Numbered from the stretch's first letter, positions 18,367-28,407 are shown. The stretch: DNA of 64,000 nucleotides from Clostridiales bacterium (GCA_021736985.1 JAIPEW010000009.1:11560-75559); one strand, 5' to 3'. Translations and numbers: made by a program. Notes: generated from the sequence alone by a model not told the origin.

Positions 18367-19224
18367 ATGAGTAAACCTACAATAATGACTTTGAAGAAAA
18401 TGAAGCAAGAAGGAAAAAAAATCACTATGACGACAGCTTATGATTACGGGATGATGTCGCATGTAGACAAAAGTGATATTGACATCGTTTTGGTAGGAGA
18501 TTCCGGTGCAATGACTATGCTTGGTTATGAAAGCACTGTCCCTGTTGATATGGAAACAATGCTAACTTTCTGTAAGGGAGTATCTACTGCTGGCAAAAAT
18601 ACCTTTTTAGTCGGGGACATGCCTTTTATGTCTTACGAGGTGAGCGTGGAAAAAGCAATCGAAAATGCTGGCAGGCTTATGAAGGAAGGCCTTGTTGACT
18701 GCGTGAAGCTCGAAGGTGGAGTAACAATGGCAGACAGGGTTGCAGGTATTGTAAAAGCAGGTATTCCTGTTATGGGACATATTGGTTTGACTCCTCAGAG
18801 CACTTCTCAACTAGGTGGTTTCACCGTACAGGGTAAAGATACTGAGAATGCTAAGCAAATAGTAAAAGACGCCCTGGCACTGGAAGAAGCAGGTGCTTTT
18901 GCGATATTGGTAGAAGCAATTCCTGCTCCTGTAGCTAAAATAATTACTGAAACTGTAAAAGTGCCTACAATTGGAATTGGCGGTGGAATTCACTGCGATG
19001 GTCAGGTTCTGGTCCTTCATGACTTATTGGGTATTTTCGATAAATTTGTGCCGAAATTTGTAAAGCAGTATGCCCAATTAGGACAAGATATTCAAAATGC
19101 TCTAAATACTTTTGCAACTGATGTTCGCGGCGAACAATTCCCTGGAAAAGAGAATTCTTTTAACATGAAAGACGAGATTACAGAGAAGTTAACCAGCGAA
19201 TTAAAAGAGGAGGGCATCTTGTAA
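18367..19224 (+). CDS. panB: 3-methyl-2-oxobutanoate hydroxymethyltransferase
   Basis: ITMTTAYDY, LVGDSGAMTMLGY, GDMPFMSY, VKLEGG, GHIGLTPQS. Confidence 0.9.
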   Translation: MSKPTIMTLKKMKQEGKKITMTTAYDYGMMSHVDKSDIDIVLVGDSGAMTMLGYESTVPVDMETMLTFCKGVSTAGKNTFLVGDMPFMSYEVSVEKAIENAGRLMKEGLVDCVKLEGGVTMADRVAGIVKAGIPVMGHIGLTPQSTSQLGGFTVQGKDTENAKQIVKDALALEEAGAFAILVEAIPAPVAKIITETVKVPTIGIGGGIHCDGQVLVLHDLLGIFDKFVPKFVKQYAQLGQDIQNALNTFATDVRGEQFPGKENSFNMKDEITEKLTSELKEEGIL

Positions 19225-20169
19225 GTGAAAACTGCAGTTATTGGTGCAGGTGCCATGGGCTCTCTTATTGGAGCACACCTTGCAGACGGCGGCAATGAAG
19301 TAACCCTGGTAGATGTCTGGAAGGAACATGTGGACGAGATTAATGAAAAAGGGCTGCGTATAGAAAAAGGCTCTGAGGAGAAAACAGTTTGCCTTAAGGC
19401 TGTAAATGACAGCAGTGTGCTTGGACCGCAAGATCTGGTGATCATCTTTGTGAAATCTTATCATACTGAAAATGCAGTAAAAAGCGCTGCAAACCTTTTT
19501 ACTGAAGATACTGTTGTGCTTACTCTTCAAAATGGGCTGGGCAATGCTGAAATGATATCAAGAGCAGCAGGAAATGTTGAGATAGTAGCTGGAACAACTT
19601 CACACGGGGCGACTGTTTTGGGGCCCGGATTTATTCGTCACGCCGGTGCAGGTGAAACGATAATAGGTAAATTCGATGGTGAAAATACTCCCCGCGTAGA
19701 AGAAGTATCCAGTGAGTTTAATCGCTGTGGCCTGGAAACCAAAATAAGTGATAATATTGCAGGACTGGTCTGGGGTAAACTGCTTGTCAATGTTGGTATT
19801 AACCCGCTTACAGCTATTTGCGGTGTGTATAATGGTGAATTAAATGAATTTGAAAGTACGCAAAAGTTAATGGAAATGGCTGTAGGTGAAGCAGAGAAGG
19901 TTGCGGCTGCTAAAGGAATAGAACTTCCATATACTGATGCCCTGGAAAAGGTTAAGGGAGTAGCCCGGGCAACGGGGCCCAACCGTTCTTCCATGCTTCA
20001 GGATGTGGAAAGGGGCAGGCGTACTGAAATAGATTATATTAACGGGGCTATAGCTGCCGAGGGTAATAAGTTGGGGGTTGATACTCCTGCTAACCAGGTG
20101 ATTACTCTGTTAATTAAAGCTTTGGAAGAAAAAAAGGAAAAAGAGAAAAATGTTAAAAGTAGCTCATAA
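19225..20169 (+). CDS. panE: 2-dehydropantoate 2-reductase
   Basis: N-terminal Rossmann motif VIGAGAMGSLIGAHL, C-terminal ApbA_C (SSMLQDVERGRRTEIDYINGAI). GTG start abuts the panB stop. Confidence 0.85.
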   Translation: MKTAVIGAGAMGSLIGAHLADGGNEVTLVDVWKEHVDEINEKGLRIEKGSEEKTVCLKAVNDSSVLGPQDLVIIFVKSYHTENAVKSAANLFTEDTVVLTLQNGLGNAEMISRAAGNVEIVAGTTSHGATVLGPGFIRHAGAGETIIGKFDGENTPRVEEVSSEFNRCGLETKISDNIAGLVWGKLLVNVGINPLTAICGVYNGELNEFESTQKLMEMAVGEAEKVAAAKGIELPYTDALEKVKGVARATGPNRSSMLQDVERGRRTEIDYINGAIAAEGNKLGVDTPANQVITLLIKALEEKKEKEKNVKSSS

Positions 20170-20902
20170 TGTTTTAGAGCTTTTAGAATATTTATGCTCT
20201 ACCTCTCAAAAGACATTTTCTGTAACTGAACTTAGCAAAATTTTCAATACAAATAAAACTGCAATGTACAGAATGCTGCGTGTTTTAACTAAAAGAGGTT
20301 ATTTGCGCCAGGATGAGCAGACAGGGCAATATATGTTAGATCTAAAACTTTTGGAACTTGGTGCAAGCGTTACTGATAAAGTAGGGCTGTTGGAAGCAGT
20401 TTCTCCTTACATGGAAAGGTTAGCCCGGGAAACAGGTGAAACTGTTAACCTGGCTGTATTATATAATACAAAAGTAGTATATATTCATAAGATTGAAAGT
20501 TCTCATTTTTTAAGAACTGACCTGAGAGTGGGTACAACTGTACCGGCTTACTGCAGTGCCCTGGGGAAAGCCATGCTGGCCTGGTTGTCTGCTGAAGAGG
20601 TTAAAGGCAAGTTTGGCAGTGAAGATTTTGTTTCCTATACTCCAAAAACCTTAAAGAATATGGATGATTTCGAAAATGAATTAAAGCAGATAATAGAACA
20701 AGGATACGCACTTGATGATGAAGAATATATCCCTGGAATTATATGTATTGCTGCACCGGTATTGAATATGCAGAAAGAACCAATTGCAGCAGTTAGTGTG
20801 GCAGGCCCGTGTTTGAGGATGACAGAAGATAATGTTGGATACTTAGCAGAACTTGTTTGCAACTGTACAACAGAAATATCAAATCGTTACGGGTACAGGT
20901 AA
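20150..20902 (+). CDS. IclR-family transcriptional regulator
   Basis: N-terminal wHTH (FSVTELSKIFNTNKTAMYRMLRVLTKRGYL) plus a C-terminal IclR effector domain. Overlaps panE by 20 nt. Confidence 0.85.
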   Translation: MLKVAHNVLELLEYLCSTSQKTFSVTELSKIFNTNKTAMYRMLRVLTKRGYLRQDEQTGQYMLDLKLLELGASVTDKVGLLEAVSPYMERLARETGETVNLAVLYNTKVVYIHKIESSHFLRTDLRVGTTVPAYCSALGKAMLAWLSAEEVKGKFGSEDFVSYTPKTLKNMDDFENELKQIIEQGYALDDEEYIPGIICIAAPVLNMQKEPIAAVSVAGPCLRMTEDNVGYLAELVCNCTTEISNRYGYR

Positions 20903-20950
20903 GCCAGGCCGTGGTTATAAGCATAAAAATTATAAGGAGAAGGTGATGTA

Positions 20951-21970
20951 ATGTTTAGAAACAAGCTCAGTATTGTAGTGGCAGCCTTGTTTATGTTAAC
21001 ACTGGTTGTTTCCGGCTGTGGAGGCGGAGGCGAAAGTCAAAGCAGTGACAGTGATGAACCGGTTGTATTAAAAGCCGGGCATGCCCTGGCTGAATCACAT
21101 CCGTATCATCTGGGTGCGGTAGAGTTTAAAGAGATTGTAGAAGAAAAAACAGATGGTAAAGTTAAAGTTGAAATTCACTCTAATGCTACTTTAGGATCAG
21201 AGCGTGACATGATTGAAGGGCTACAGATGGGCAGTATAGACGTAGTTGTTACTTCAACTGGCCCGGTAATTAACTTTATACCGGAAATGGGTGTCTTTGA
21301 CCTGCCGTTCTTATTCAGCAGTACAGAGCATGCTCACAAGGTACTGGATAGTGAAATAGGTCAAGATTTGCTGAAGAAATTTGATGATATTGGTATTAAA
21401 GGTCTTGCTTTTTGGGAAAATGGTTTCAGAAACTTGACTAATTCCAAGCATCCTGTTAATAGTGTTGAAGATGTAAAAGGTCTTAAAATCAGGACCATGG
21501 AAAACGAAGTTCATCAGGAAGCATTTAAGGCTTTAGATGCAAACCCAACTCCAATGGCCTGGGGTGAAGTTTTCACTTCACTGCAGCAAGGAACAATTGA
21601 TGGTCAAGAAAACCCAATCCCCGTTATATATTCACAAAAATTATATGAAGTACAAGATTATTTAGCTATGACCGGCCATGTTTATTCTCCGTCCTTGTGC
21701 TTGATGAGTGAAAAAGCATATGACAAGTTGACTCCGGAACAGCAGGAAATTGTAAATAATGCAGCAATGGAAGCAGCAGAATTCGAACGCAACAAAATTA
21801 AGGAACAAACAGAAACTCAGCTTTCCAAGTTAAAAGAAAAAGGCATGAAAATTACAGAGCCGAACACACAGAAGTTTAGAGAATCAACCAAGGGTGTATA
21901 TGACAAATACGAAGATAAATTCGGTAAAGAACGTATAGAAAAGATCCTGGAAGCAGATCCCGGCAAGTAA
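20951..21970 (+). CDS. dctP: TRAP transporter substrate-binding protein (DctP family, lipoprotein)
   Basis: Lipobox LVVSGCGG. DctP-family motifs (HPYHLGA, LGSERDMIEGLQMGSID, FWENGFRNLTN). Confidence 0.85.
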   Translation: MFRNKLSIVVAALFMLTLVVSGCGGGGESQSSDSDEPVVLKAGHALAESHPYHLGAVEFKEIVEEKTDGKVKVEIHSNATLGSERDMIEGLQMGSIDVVVTSTGPVINFIPEMGVFDLPFLFSSTEHAHKVLDSEIGQDLLKKFDDIGIKGLAFWENGFRNLTNSKHPVNSVEDVKGLKIRTMENEVHQEAFKALDANPTPMAWGEVFTSLQQGTIDGQENPIPVIYSQKLYEVQDYLAMTGHVYSPSLCLMSEKAYDKLTPEQQEIVNNAAMEAAEFERNKIKEQTETQLSKLKEKGMKITEPNTQKFRESTKGVYDKYEDKFGKERIEKILEADPGK

Positions 21971-21993
21971 TAATTAATTGTAAATTGTATTAT

Positions 21994-22030
21994 AAAGGGG
22001 GTAGCCTCTTTTAAGGAGGCTACCCCCTTT
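21994..22030 (+). terminator. strong intercistronic stem-loop between dctP and dctQ (partial terminator or mRNA stabiliser)
   Basis: 15-bp stem AAAGGGGGTAGCCTC / GAGGCTACCCCCTTT with loop TTTTAAG. Confidence 0.55.
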
Positions 22031-22060
22031 AAACCGCAACCGTTGCGAGGAGGGGAGATA

Positions 22061-22552
22061 ATGAGATTATTTTCCGGGTTTAATTTACAATTGGAAAAAA
22101 TTTGTAAAGCTTTTATTTTTACTGTTTTTGTAATAATGGTGATTACTACCTTTTCTCAGGTGGTTTTTCGTTTTGTATTATCCAATTCCTTAAGCTGGTC
22201 AGGAGAATTGTCCAGGTACTGTCTTATCTGGTTAACCTTTATCGGTGGTGCGTTGGGAGTACGTTCAAAAGTTCACGTTGCTGTCGAGGCTTTAACAGTG
22301 ATTTTGCCGGAAAAGATCAGGCGCCATGTAGCTCGTTTTAATTATTTAGTGATAATGATTTTTGGTGTTATCCTGGCAAGATATGGATACAAGTTAAGTG
22401 CGTATAACCTATCGCATAACCAGTTATCTCCTGCTATGCATGTCCCCATTGGTCTGATATATACAGCTGTACCAATTGCTGGTTTGTTGATATTCTTTTT
22501 TGCGCTGGAGAAAGTCTTTTACCCGGATGAGAAAGGTGGTGCGTCTGAATGA
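22061..22552 (+). CDS. dctQ: TRAP transporter small permease
   Basis: Four TM helices in a DctQ-like layout. ATG 22061 lies after GGAGGGGAG. Confidence 0.8.
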   Translation: MRLFSGFNLQLEKICKAFIFTVFVIMVITTFSQVVFRFVLSNSLSWSGELSRYCLIWLTFIGGALGVRSKVHVAVEALTVILPEKIRRHVARFNYLVIMIFGVILARYGYKLSAYNLSHNQLSPAMHVPIGLIYTAVPIAGLLIFFFALEKVFYPDEKGGASE

Positions 22553-23814
22553 CCGGCACTATACTTATTGTAACTTTACTAGTTTTATTACTTATAGGGG
22601 TTCCCATTGCTTTTTCTCTCGGGTTAGGTTCAATTACTGCGCTTGTAGCCGTTGGAGATTTGCCTCTCATGGTTATTCCGCAGAGGCTTTTTACATCCGC
22701 AGATTCCTTTGTTTTATTAGCGGTCCCCTTTTTTGTGTTGGCGGGAGAATTAATGCAGCACGGGGGTATATCTCATAGACTGGTTAATTTTGCTAATGAG
22801 CTTCTCGGCTGGCTAAGTGGTGCACTAGCCCTTGTTAGTATTTCTGCTTCTGCATTTTTTGCTGCTATTTCGGGATCGTCTGCAGCTACTACCGCAGCTA
22901 TTGGCAGTGTAATGTACCCGGAAATGATAAAAAAAGAATATAAGCCAGATTTCGCCGCAGTTACACAGGCTGTAGGCGGGACACTCGGGGTGATTATTCC
23001 TCCTAGTATACCATTGATTATTTATGGTGTTGTCACAGGTACTTCTATTGGAGAATTGTTTAAAGCTGGAATTATACCGGGACTTCTTGGCGCACTGGTA
23101 TATATGGTAATCGCGTGGCTGATTGCAAAAAAGCACGGGTATAGAAGTGAAGGTCGTATAAGTTCCTCTAGGCTGGGTAAATCTTTTATCGATGCTATAT
23201 GGGGAATTTTAATGCCTATAATAATTTTGGGCGGTATTTACGGTGGGATTTTTACACCTACGGAGGCTGCCGTAGTGGCCGTGGTTTACGCAATACTTGT
23301 GGGTAAGTTTATATACAAAGAATTGGATATTAAAAAATTCTTTAATATGTTTGTTAAGGCCGGGCTTACCAGCTCTATGATCATGATGTTGATTACTACT
23401 GCTTCTGTTTTTACCTGGATTATGACAGTTAATAATATACCCCAGGCGATTGGAACTGCAGTTTTATCTTTTACAAGCAATGAAATTGTTTTGCTTCTTT
23501 TAATTAATTTTATATTCCTCGTTGTAGGTATGTTTTTAGATACAACTGCTATTGTTCTTCTCCTGACGCCTATTTTCTTTCCTATTGTTACACAGCTGGG
23601 TATGGATCCAGTTCATTTTGGAATAATGGCTGTATTTAACCTGGCTGTTGGTCAGATGACACCGCCTTTTGGTGTTTGTCTATTCGTGGCGTCCGGAATA
23701 ACCAATGTTTCTATAGAAAGGTTGGTTAAGGCTGTAGTGCCCTTTTTCCTGGCGGCAATATGTTTGATCCTTTTATATACTTATGTACCGGCGTTTAGTA
23801 TAGGTATTTTCTAA
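22549..23814 (+). CDS. dctM: TRAP transporter large permease
   Basis: 421 aa polytopic DctM-type protein. The start overlaps the dctQ stop (ATGA). Confidence 0.85.
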   Translation: MTGTILIVTLLVLLLIGVPIAFSLGLGSITALVAVGDLPLMVIPQRLFTSADSFVLLAVPFFVLAGELMQHGGISHRLVNFANELLGWLSGALALVSISASAFFAAISGSSAATTAAIGSVMYPEMIKKEYKPDFAAVTQAVGGTLGVIIPPSIPLIIYGVVTGTSIGELFKAGIIPGLLGALVYMVIAWLIAKKHGYRSEGRISSSRLGKSFIDAIWGILMPIIILGGIYGGIFTPTEAAVVAVVYAILVGKFIYKELDIKKFFNMFVKAGLTSSMIMMLITTASVFTWIMTVNNIPQAIGTAVLSFTSNEIVLLLLINFIFLVVGMFLDTTAIVLLLTPIFFPIVTQLGMDPVHFGIMAVFNLAVGQMTPPFGVCLFVASGITNVSIERLVKAVVPFFLAAICLILLYTYVPAFSIGIF

Positions 23815-23890
23815 TAACCTCTGATTTTGCAGGGAGATGCACTATGAGATATTATTAACTTTGTGAAAAAGAAAGGAGGGAAGTGTTATT

Positions 23891-25621
23891 ATGCTTGCAG
23901 AACGGGACTGGAATAAAAACATGGATATAATAATTAATTCTATACACGAGGGATTACTGGCAGTAGATGAATCAGGTAGAATAATTGTAATGAACAAAGC
24001 TGCTGAAAAAATATTTGGTGTTAGCGCCAGTGATATGCTGGGGAAGGATATCCAGCAGATGGTGCACAACACCAGGCTGCATATTGTACTTAATACCGGT
24101 GTGCCGGAAATCAATCACAAGCAGCAAATATCGGGGGCTGCTATTTTAACCAACAGGGTCCCGGTTCGGGGAGATGATGGCAGCATAATTGGTGCAGCAG
24201 CCGTATTTAGGGAATTAAATGAAGTTATACAGATGGCTGAAGATGTGACTAATCTAAAAGAGACCCGGACTATGCTGCAGGAGATAATAAAGGCTTCCCG
24301 TGACGCTATTTCCGTAGTAGATGAAAATGGAAAAGGAATTTTAATCAACCCTGCTTATACAAAATTAATTGGTTTATCAGAAGACGATGTGCTGGATAAA
24401 CCGGCAACCGTGGATATAGCCGAGGGCGAAAGTGTGCATATGAAGGTGCTGCATACCCGGTCCCCGGTCGAAAGCATATACATGAAAGTGGGCCCGCGTC
24501 ATAGAGAAGTAATTGTGGATGCTGCTCCTATTATAGTGAGCGGGAAATTAAAAGGTAGTGTGGCTGTGGTTCATGATGTGTCACATATACACCACCTGTC
24601 AAGGGAATTAGAAGGGGCCAGGCAATTAATTCGCCGCCTGGAAGCTAAATACAGTTTTGAAGATATAGTGGGGGCAGGGCGAAGTATAAAAAAGGCAGTT
24701 GAAAAAGCCAGGCAAGCCGCTCAGACACCTGCAACAGTGATATTGCGTGGGGAGAGCGGCACTGGCAAAGAACTTTTTGCTCATGCTATTCACCAAACAA
24801 GTAAGCGAAAAGGACAATTTATAAGAGTTAATTGTGCTGCTATACCCCCTTCTTTAATGGAAAGTGAGCTGTTTGGTTACGTGGAAGGCGCCTTTACTGG
24901 AGCTAAAAAAGGTGGGCGGCGCGGGTATTTTGAGGAAGCTAGCAGCGGTACCATCTTTCTTGATGAAATAACTGAAATAACAACTGAAATACAGGCTAAG
25001 CTGCTAAGGGTACTGCAAGAAAAAGAAATTGTCAGGGTTGGCAGTAATACACCTGTACCAGTTGATGTTAGGGTTATTGCCAGTACTAATGCAAGCCTGG
25101 AAAAGATGATTAAAGAAGGTAAGTTTCGCGAAGATTTATATTACCGTCTTAACGTAGTCCCTGTTTTTATTCCACCTCTTCGTGAAAGAAAAGAAGACAT
25201 AACACTCCTGGTAAATTTTATTTTAAATAAGTTAAACCAGGAGTTTGGAAGAAATGTGTCTGGCATAAGTGAACAAACACTCGAGGTATTAAAAAAACAT
25301 AATTGGCCCGGGAATGTGCGAGAACTGGAAAACATGATGGGCAGGGCCATGATTAATATGCATTCGTGGGAAACAAAAGTTGAGTCAAAGCATTTATCGA
25401 TATACGTACAAGAAGAAAAAAACGATTCCGGTACTGCGATTCCCGGATTTAACATGGAATATAAGGGGGAGAGCTTCAATGAGCTCAAAGTAGAATGGGA
25501 AAAGGGAATAATTTCTTCTGCCCTTGATTATACCGGGGGGAATCGTACGCGGGCTGCACAGGTGCTGCAAATATCGTTGCGGAGTCTTTATGATAAGATT
25601 AAAAAATACGGTATCGACTGA
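23891..25621 (+). CDS. sigma-54-dependent transcriptional activator with two PAS domains
   Basis: PAS-PAS N-terminus. AAA+ core with GESGTGKE and the GAFTGA loop (EGAFTGAKKGG). C-terminal Fis-type HTH (GNRTRAAQVLQISLRSLYDKIKKYGI). Confidence 0.9.
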   Translation: MLAERDWNKNMDIIINSIHEGLLAVDESGRIIVMNKAAEKIFGVSASDMLGKDIQQMVHNTRLHIVLNTGVPEINHKQQISGAAILTNRVPVRGDDGSIIGAAAVFRELNEVIQMAEDVTNLKETRTMLQEIIKASRDAISVVDENGKGILINPAYTKLIGLSEDDVLDKPATVDIAEGESVHMKVLHTRSPVESIYMKVGPRHREVIVDAAPIIVSGKLKGSVAVVHDVSHIHHLSRELEGARQLIRRLEAKYSFEDIVGAGRSIKKAVEKARQAAQTPATVILRGESGTGKELFAHAIHQTSKRKGQFIRVNCAAIPPSLMESELFGYVEGAFTGAKKGGRRGYFEEASSGTIFLDEITEITTEIQAKLLRVLQEKEIVRVGSNTPVPVDVRVIASTNASLEKMIKEGKFREDLYYRLNVVPVFIPPLRERKEDITLLVNFILNKLNQEFGRNVSGISEQTLEVLKKHNWPGNVRELENMMGRAMINMHSWETKVESKHLSIYVQEEKNDSGTAIPGFNMEYKGESFNELKVEWEKGIISSALDYTGGNRTRAAQVLQISLRSLYDKIKKYGID

Positions 25622-25680
25622 TTTTTGCAAAAAAGTGCATGCAAAAATATGCATGTGCTAAAAATTGCAAACATATAAAA
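25621..25680 (+). promoter_or_regulatory. candidate upstream activator sites (TGCA-centred AT-rich palindromes)
   Basis: Perfect palindrome TTTTTGCAAAAA, then TGCAT-N8-ATGCA, then AAAATTGCAAA. They lie 45-115 nt upstream of the -24/-12 element. Confidence 0.4.
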
Positions 25681-25723
25681 ACTTTAAATCCCCTTTTTAG
25701 CGGTGCCGGAAGAGTATATCTTC

Positions 25724-25739
25724 TGGCATTTTTTTTGCA
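25724..25739 (+). promoter_or_regulatory. sigma-54 (-24/-12) promoter
   Basis: TGGCAT-TTTTT-TTGCA matches TGGCAC-N5-TTGCW with exact GG/GC spacing. It lies 84 nt upstream of the oxidoreductase operon and just downstream of the activator gene. Confidence 0.65.
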
Positions 25740-25822
25740 TTATTATATTAGTAGCTTTAAATTGATATATAAGAGCCTGTATTAATTGATAAATAAGGCA
25801 TCAAGACAAGGGGGTTAGTTAG

Positions 25823-26044
25823 TTGTCTAAAGTAGTGGTAAGTTTTAGAAAAGAGAACTGTAAAGGCTGTGGGTTATGCATTAATGCTTGTCCCAAGGGG
25901 CTGCTTGATTTCTCTGAAAGCACCAATAATGCAGGGTATCCTACCGTATATTTAAAGGAAGAGGAAAGCTGTACAGGTTGTGCCCTTTGTGCAGTTATGT
26001 GTCCTGATGTAGCCATTACTGTAGAAAAGGAGGTAAGTGCATGA
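25823..26044 (+). CDS. 2-oxoacid:ferredoxin oxidoreductase delta subunit (2x[4Fe-4S] ferredoxin)
   Basis: CKGCGLCINACP and CTGCALCAVMCP motifs. Confidence 0.85.
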   Translation: MSKVVVSFRKENCKGCGLCINACPKGLLDFSESTNNAGYPTVYLKEEESCTGCALCAVMCPDVAITVEKEVSA

Positions 26045-27120
26045 AAGTTTTAATGAAAGGAAATGAAGTTATCGGCGAAGCTGCTATAAAGGCAGGATGC
26101 CGTTACTTTTTCGGTTATCCCATTACACCACAGTCCGAGCTGCCCGAGTTCCTGGCTAAAAAAATGCCGGAAGTAGGCGGGGTATTTTTACAGGCAGAAA
26201 GTGAAGTAGCAGCAATAAACATGGTTTATGGGGCAGCAGGTACCGGCGCCAGGGTTATGACGTCTTCTTCAAGCCCGGGGATAAGTTTGAAGCAGGAAGG
26301 GATTTCTTATTTAACTGCTGCAGAGCTGCCGTGCGTGATTGTAAATGTAATGCGGGGCGGGCCCGGTCTCGGCGGTATACAGCCCTCCCAGTCTGATTAT
26401 TTCCAGGCTACCAGGGGAGGCGGGCATGGTGATTATCAGAATATTGTTTTAGCTCCTTCTTCAGTACAAGAACTAGCAGATTTTACTATGAAGGCATTTG
26501 ACCTGGCCGATTATTACCACATGCCGGTAATGGTTTTGGGTGATGGCGCAATGGGCCAGATGATGGAAGCAGTAGAATTTAAAGAAGAAAATTTATGTTC
26601 CAGCTTGCCTGAAAAAACATGGGCAACTACAGGTTGTAGCGGGCGGGAACGTAATATTATAAATACGCTTTATTTAAACCCTGATTTACTTGAAGAACAC
26701 AATAAACACTTGCAGCAAAAATATGAGCAAATAAAAAATAATGAGTCCAGGGCAGAAACTTACCTTACGCAAGATGCAGAGATCATTATAACTGCCTTTG
26801 GAACTACCGCACGAATTGCTTCTTCTGCTGTAGATAGTGCGCGCGCGATGGGTATAAAAGCTGGAATGGTAAGGCCAATGACTTTATGGCCGTTTCCTTC
26901 ATCAGCAATAAGAGAAACACTAACCCACTGCCGGTCGATACTGGATGTAGAAATGAATGCTGGACAGATGCTTGACGACGTTCGGTTGGCTGTAGAAGGG
27001 AAAGCACCGGTTTACTTCTACGGGCGTACGGGAGGTATAGTTCCCAAGGCATCAGAGATCCTGGAAGAAATTAAAAAGATCGGGGGTATATCATATGAAA
27101 GTCATCTCCGGCAAGCCTGA
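26041..27120 (+). CDS. 2-oxoacid:ferredoxin oxidoreductase alpha subunit (KorA/VorB type)
   Basis: [29 protein letters not shown]... The start overlaps the delta stop. Confidence 0.85.
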   Translation: MKVLMKGNEVIGEAAIKAGCRYFFGYPITPQSELPEFLAKKMPEVGGVFLQAESEVAAINMVYGAAGTGARVMTSSSSPGISLKQEGISYLTAAELPCVIVNVMRGGPGLGGIQPSQSDYFQATRGGGHGDYQNIVLAPSSVQELADFTMKAFDLADYYHMPVMVLGDGAMGQMMEAVEFKEENLCSSLPEKTWATTGCSGRERNIINTLYLNPDLLEEHNKHLQQKYEQIKNNESRAETYLTQDAEIIITAFGTTARIASSAVDSARAMGIKAGMVRPMTLWPFPSSAIRETLTHCRSILDVEMNAGQMLDDVRLAVEGKAPVYFYGRTGGIVPKASEILEEIKKIGGISYESHLRQA

Positions 27121-27844
27121 GTCTTTGACTGATAAAAAATATCACTATTGTCCCGGATGTATGCACGGTGTAATTCACCGCCTGGTTGCCGAAGTAATTG
27201 ATGAGCTGGGATTAAGAGAAGAAACAGTTGGTGTAGCATCCGTTGGATGTTCAGTGCTGTCTCATAATTATTTTAATCTTGATATGCAGGAAGCAGCGCA
27301 CGGTAGGGCACCTGCCGTGGCAACTGGTATAAAACGAGTACTCCCGGATCGCACTGTTTTTACTTACCAGGGAGATGGAGATCTGGCTTCTATAGGTAGT
27401 GCAGAAATATTACATGCAGCAGCAAGAGGAGAAAATATAACCGTAATTTTTGTAAATAATTCTTGTTACGGCATGACAGGGGGACAAATGGCACCAACTA
27501 CCCTGCCGGGGCAGTTAACTTCTACAACACCCCTTGGAAGAGACGTGAAAAAAGAAGGATACCCGCTGCGCATGTCGGAAGTGCTTGCTACGATGGATGC
27601 AACAGCTTATATAGCCCGGACATCAACACATAATGCTAAGCATGTAATGAAAACTAAAAAAGCGATATTAAATGCATTTAAAGCACAGCAGCAGGGCCAG
27701 GGGTTCAGCATGGTAGAAGTTCTTTCTACATGTCCTACTAATTGGAAAATGAAACCTGTAGAGGCCTTACAGTGGGTAGAAAATAATATGATGAAGTATT
27801 TTCCTCTGCAGGAATTTAAAAAAGTCTCAGGAGGTGACCAGTAA
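27095..27844 (+). CDS. 2-oxoacid:ferredoxin oxidoreductase beta subunit (TPP-binding)
   Basis: [28 protein letters not shown]. Confidence 0.85.
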   Translation: MKVISGKPESLTDKKYHYCPGCMHGVIHRLVAEVIDELGLREETVGVASVGCSVLSHNYFNLDMQEAAHGRAPAVATGIKRVLPDRTVFTYQGDGDLASIGSAEILHAAARGENITVIFVNNSCYGMTGGQMAPTTLPGQLTSTTPLGRDVKKEGYPLRMSEVLATMDATAYIARTSTHNAKHVMKTKKAILNAFKAQQQGQGFSMVEVLSTCPTNWKMKPVEALQWVENNMMKYFPLQEFKKVSGGDQ

Positions 27845-28407
27845 TGCATTTTGAATCTGTAATTGCTGGATTTGGCGGACAGGGAGTCCTTTTAACGGGC
27901 CAGATCATAGCTTATGCCGGGTTAATGGAAGACAAGCATGTTTCCTGGATACCTTCATATGGCCCGGAAATGCGCGGGGGTACTGCTAATTGTTCTGTAA
28001 TTGTTTCAGATAATAAGATTGGTTCTCCAATGGTGGAAGAACCTGGTGTAGCCTTGATTTTTAATGAACCATCCATGGAAAAATTCGAGCAGCAGGTACG
28101 GCCAGGTGGAATCATGGTGGTTAATTCTTCTATTGTAGAGAAAAAAGTAAGCCGCAAGGACATTCATGTTTATGATATTCCTGCAGGTAAAATAGCAAAG
28201 CAGTTGGGTAACGAACGCGTTGCTAACATGGTGATGTTGGGAGCGTATCTGGAACTTACCGGAGTTGTATCTACTGAATCTGCTATAAATGCACTTGGTA
28301 AAATTATATCTAAAAAGAAGCAGAGTATACTGGAAATCAACAAGAAGGCTGCTGAAATAGGTGCTAGTGTGGCTGCCGGTTACAGCGTTGATTCTCTATT
28401 AGGTTAA
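27844..28407 (+). CDS. 2-oxoacid:ferredoxin oxidoreductase gamma subunit
   Basis: IAGFGGQGVLLTGQIIA...SYGPEMRGGTANCSV. Confidence 0.85.
   Translation: MHFESVIAGFGGQGVLLTGQIIAYAGLMEDKHVSWIPSYGPEMRGGTANCSVIVSDNKIGSPMVEEPGVALIFNEPSMEKFEQQVRPGGIMVVNSSIVEKKVSRKDIHVYDIPAGKIAKQLGNERVANMVMLGAYLELTGVVSTESAINALGKIISKKKQSILEINKKAAEIGASVAAGYSVDSLLG

Noticed and set aside
22500-22778. 92-aa ORF overlapping the dctQ/dctM junction, and 22434-22670 (-).
   Set aside because: They are out-of-frame overlaps of clear TRAP permease genes.
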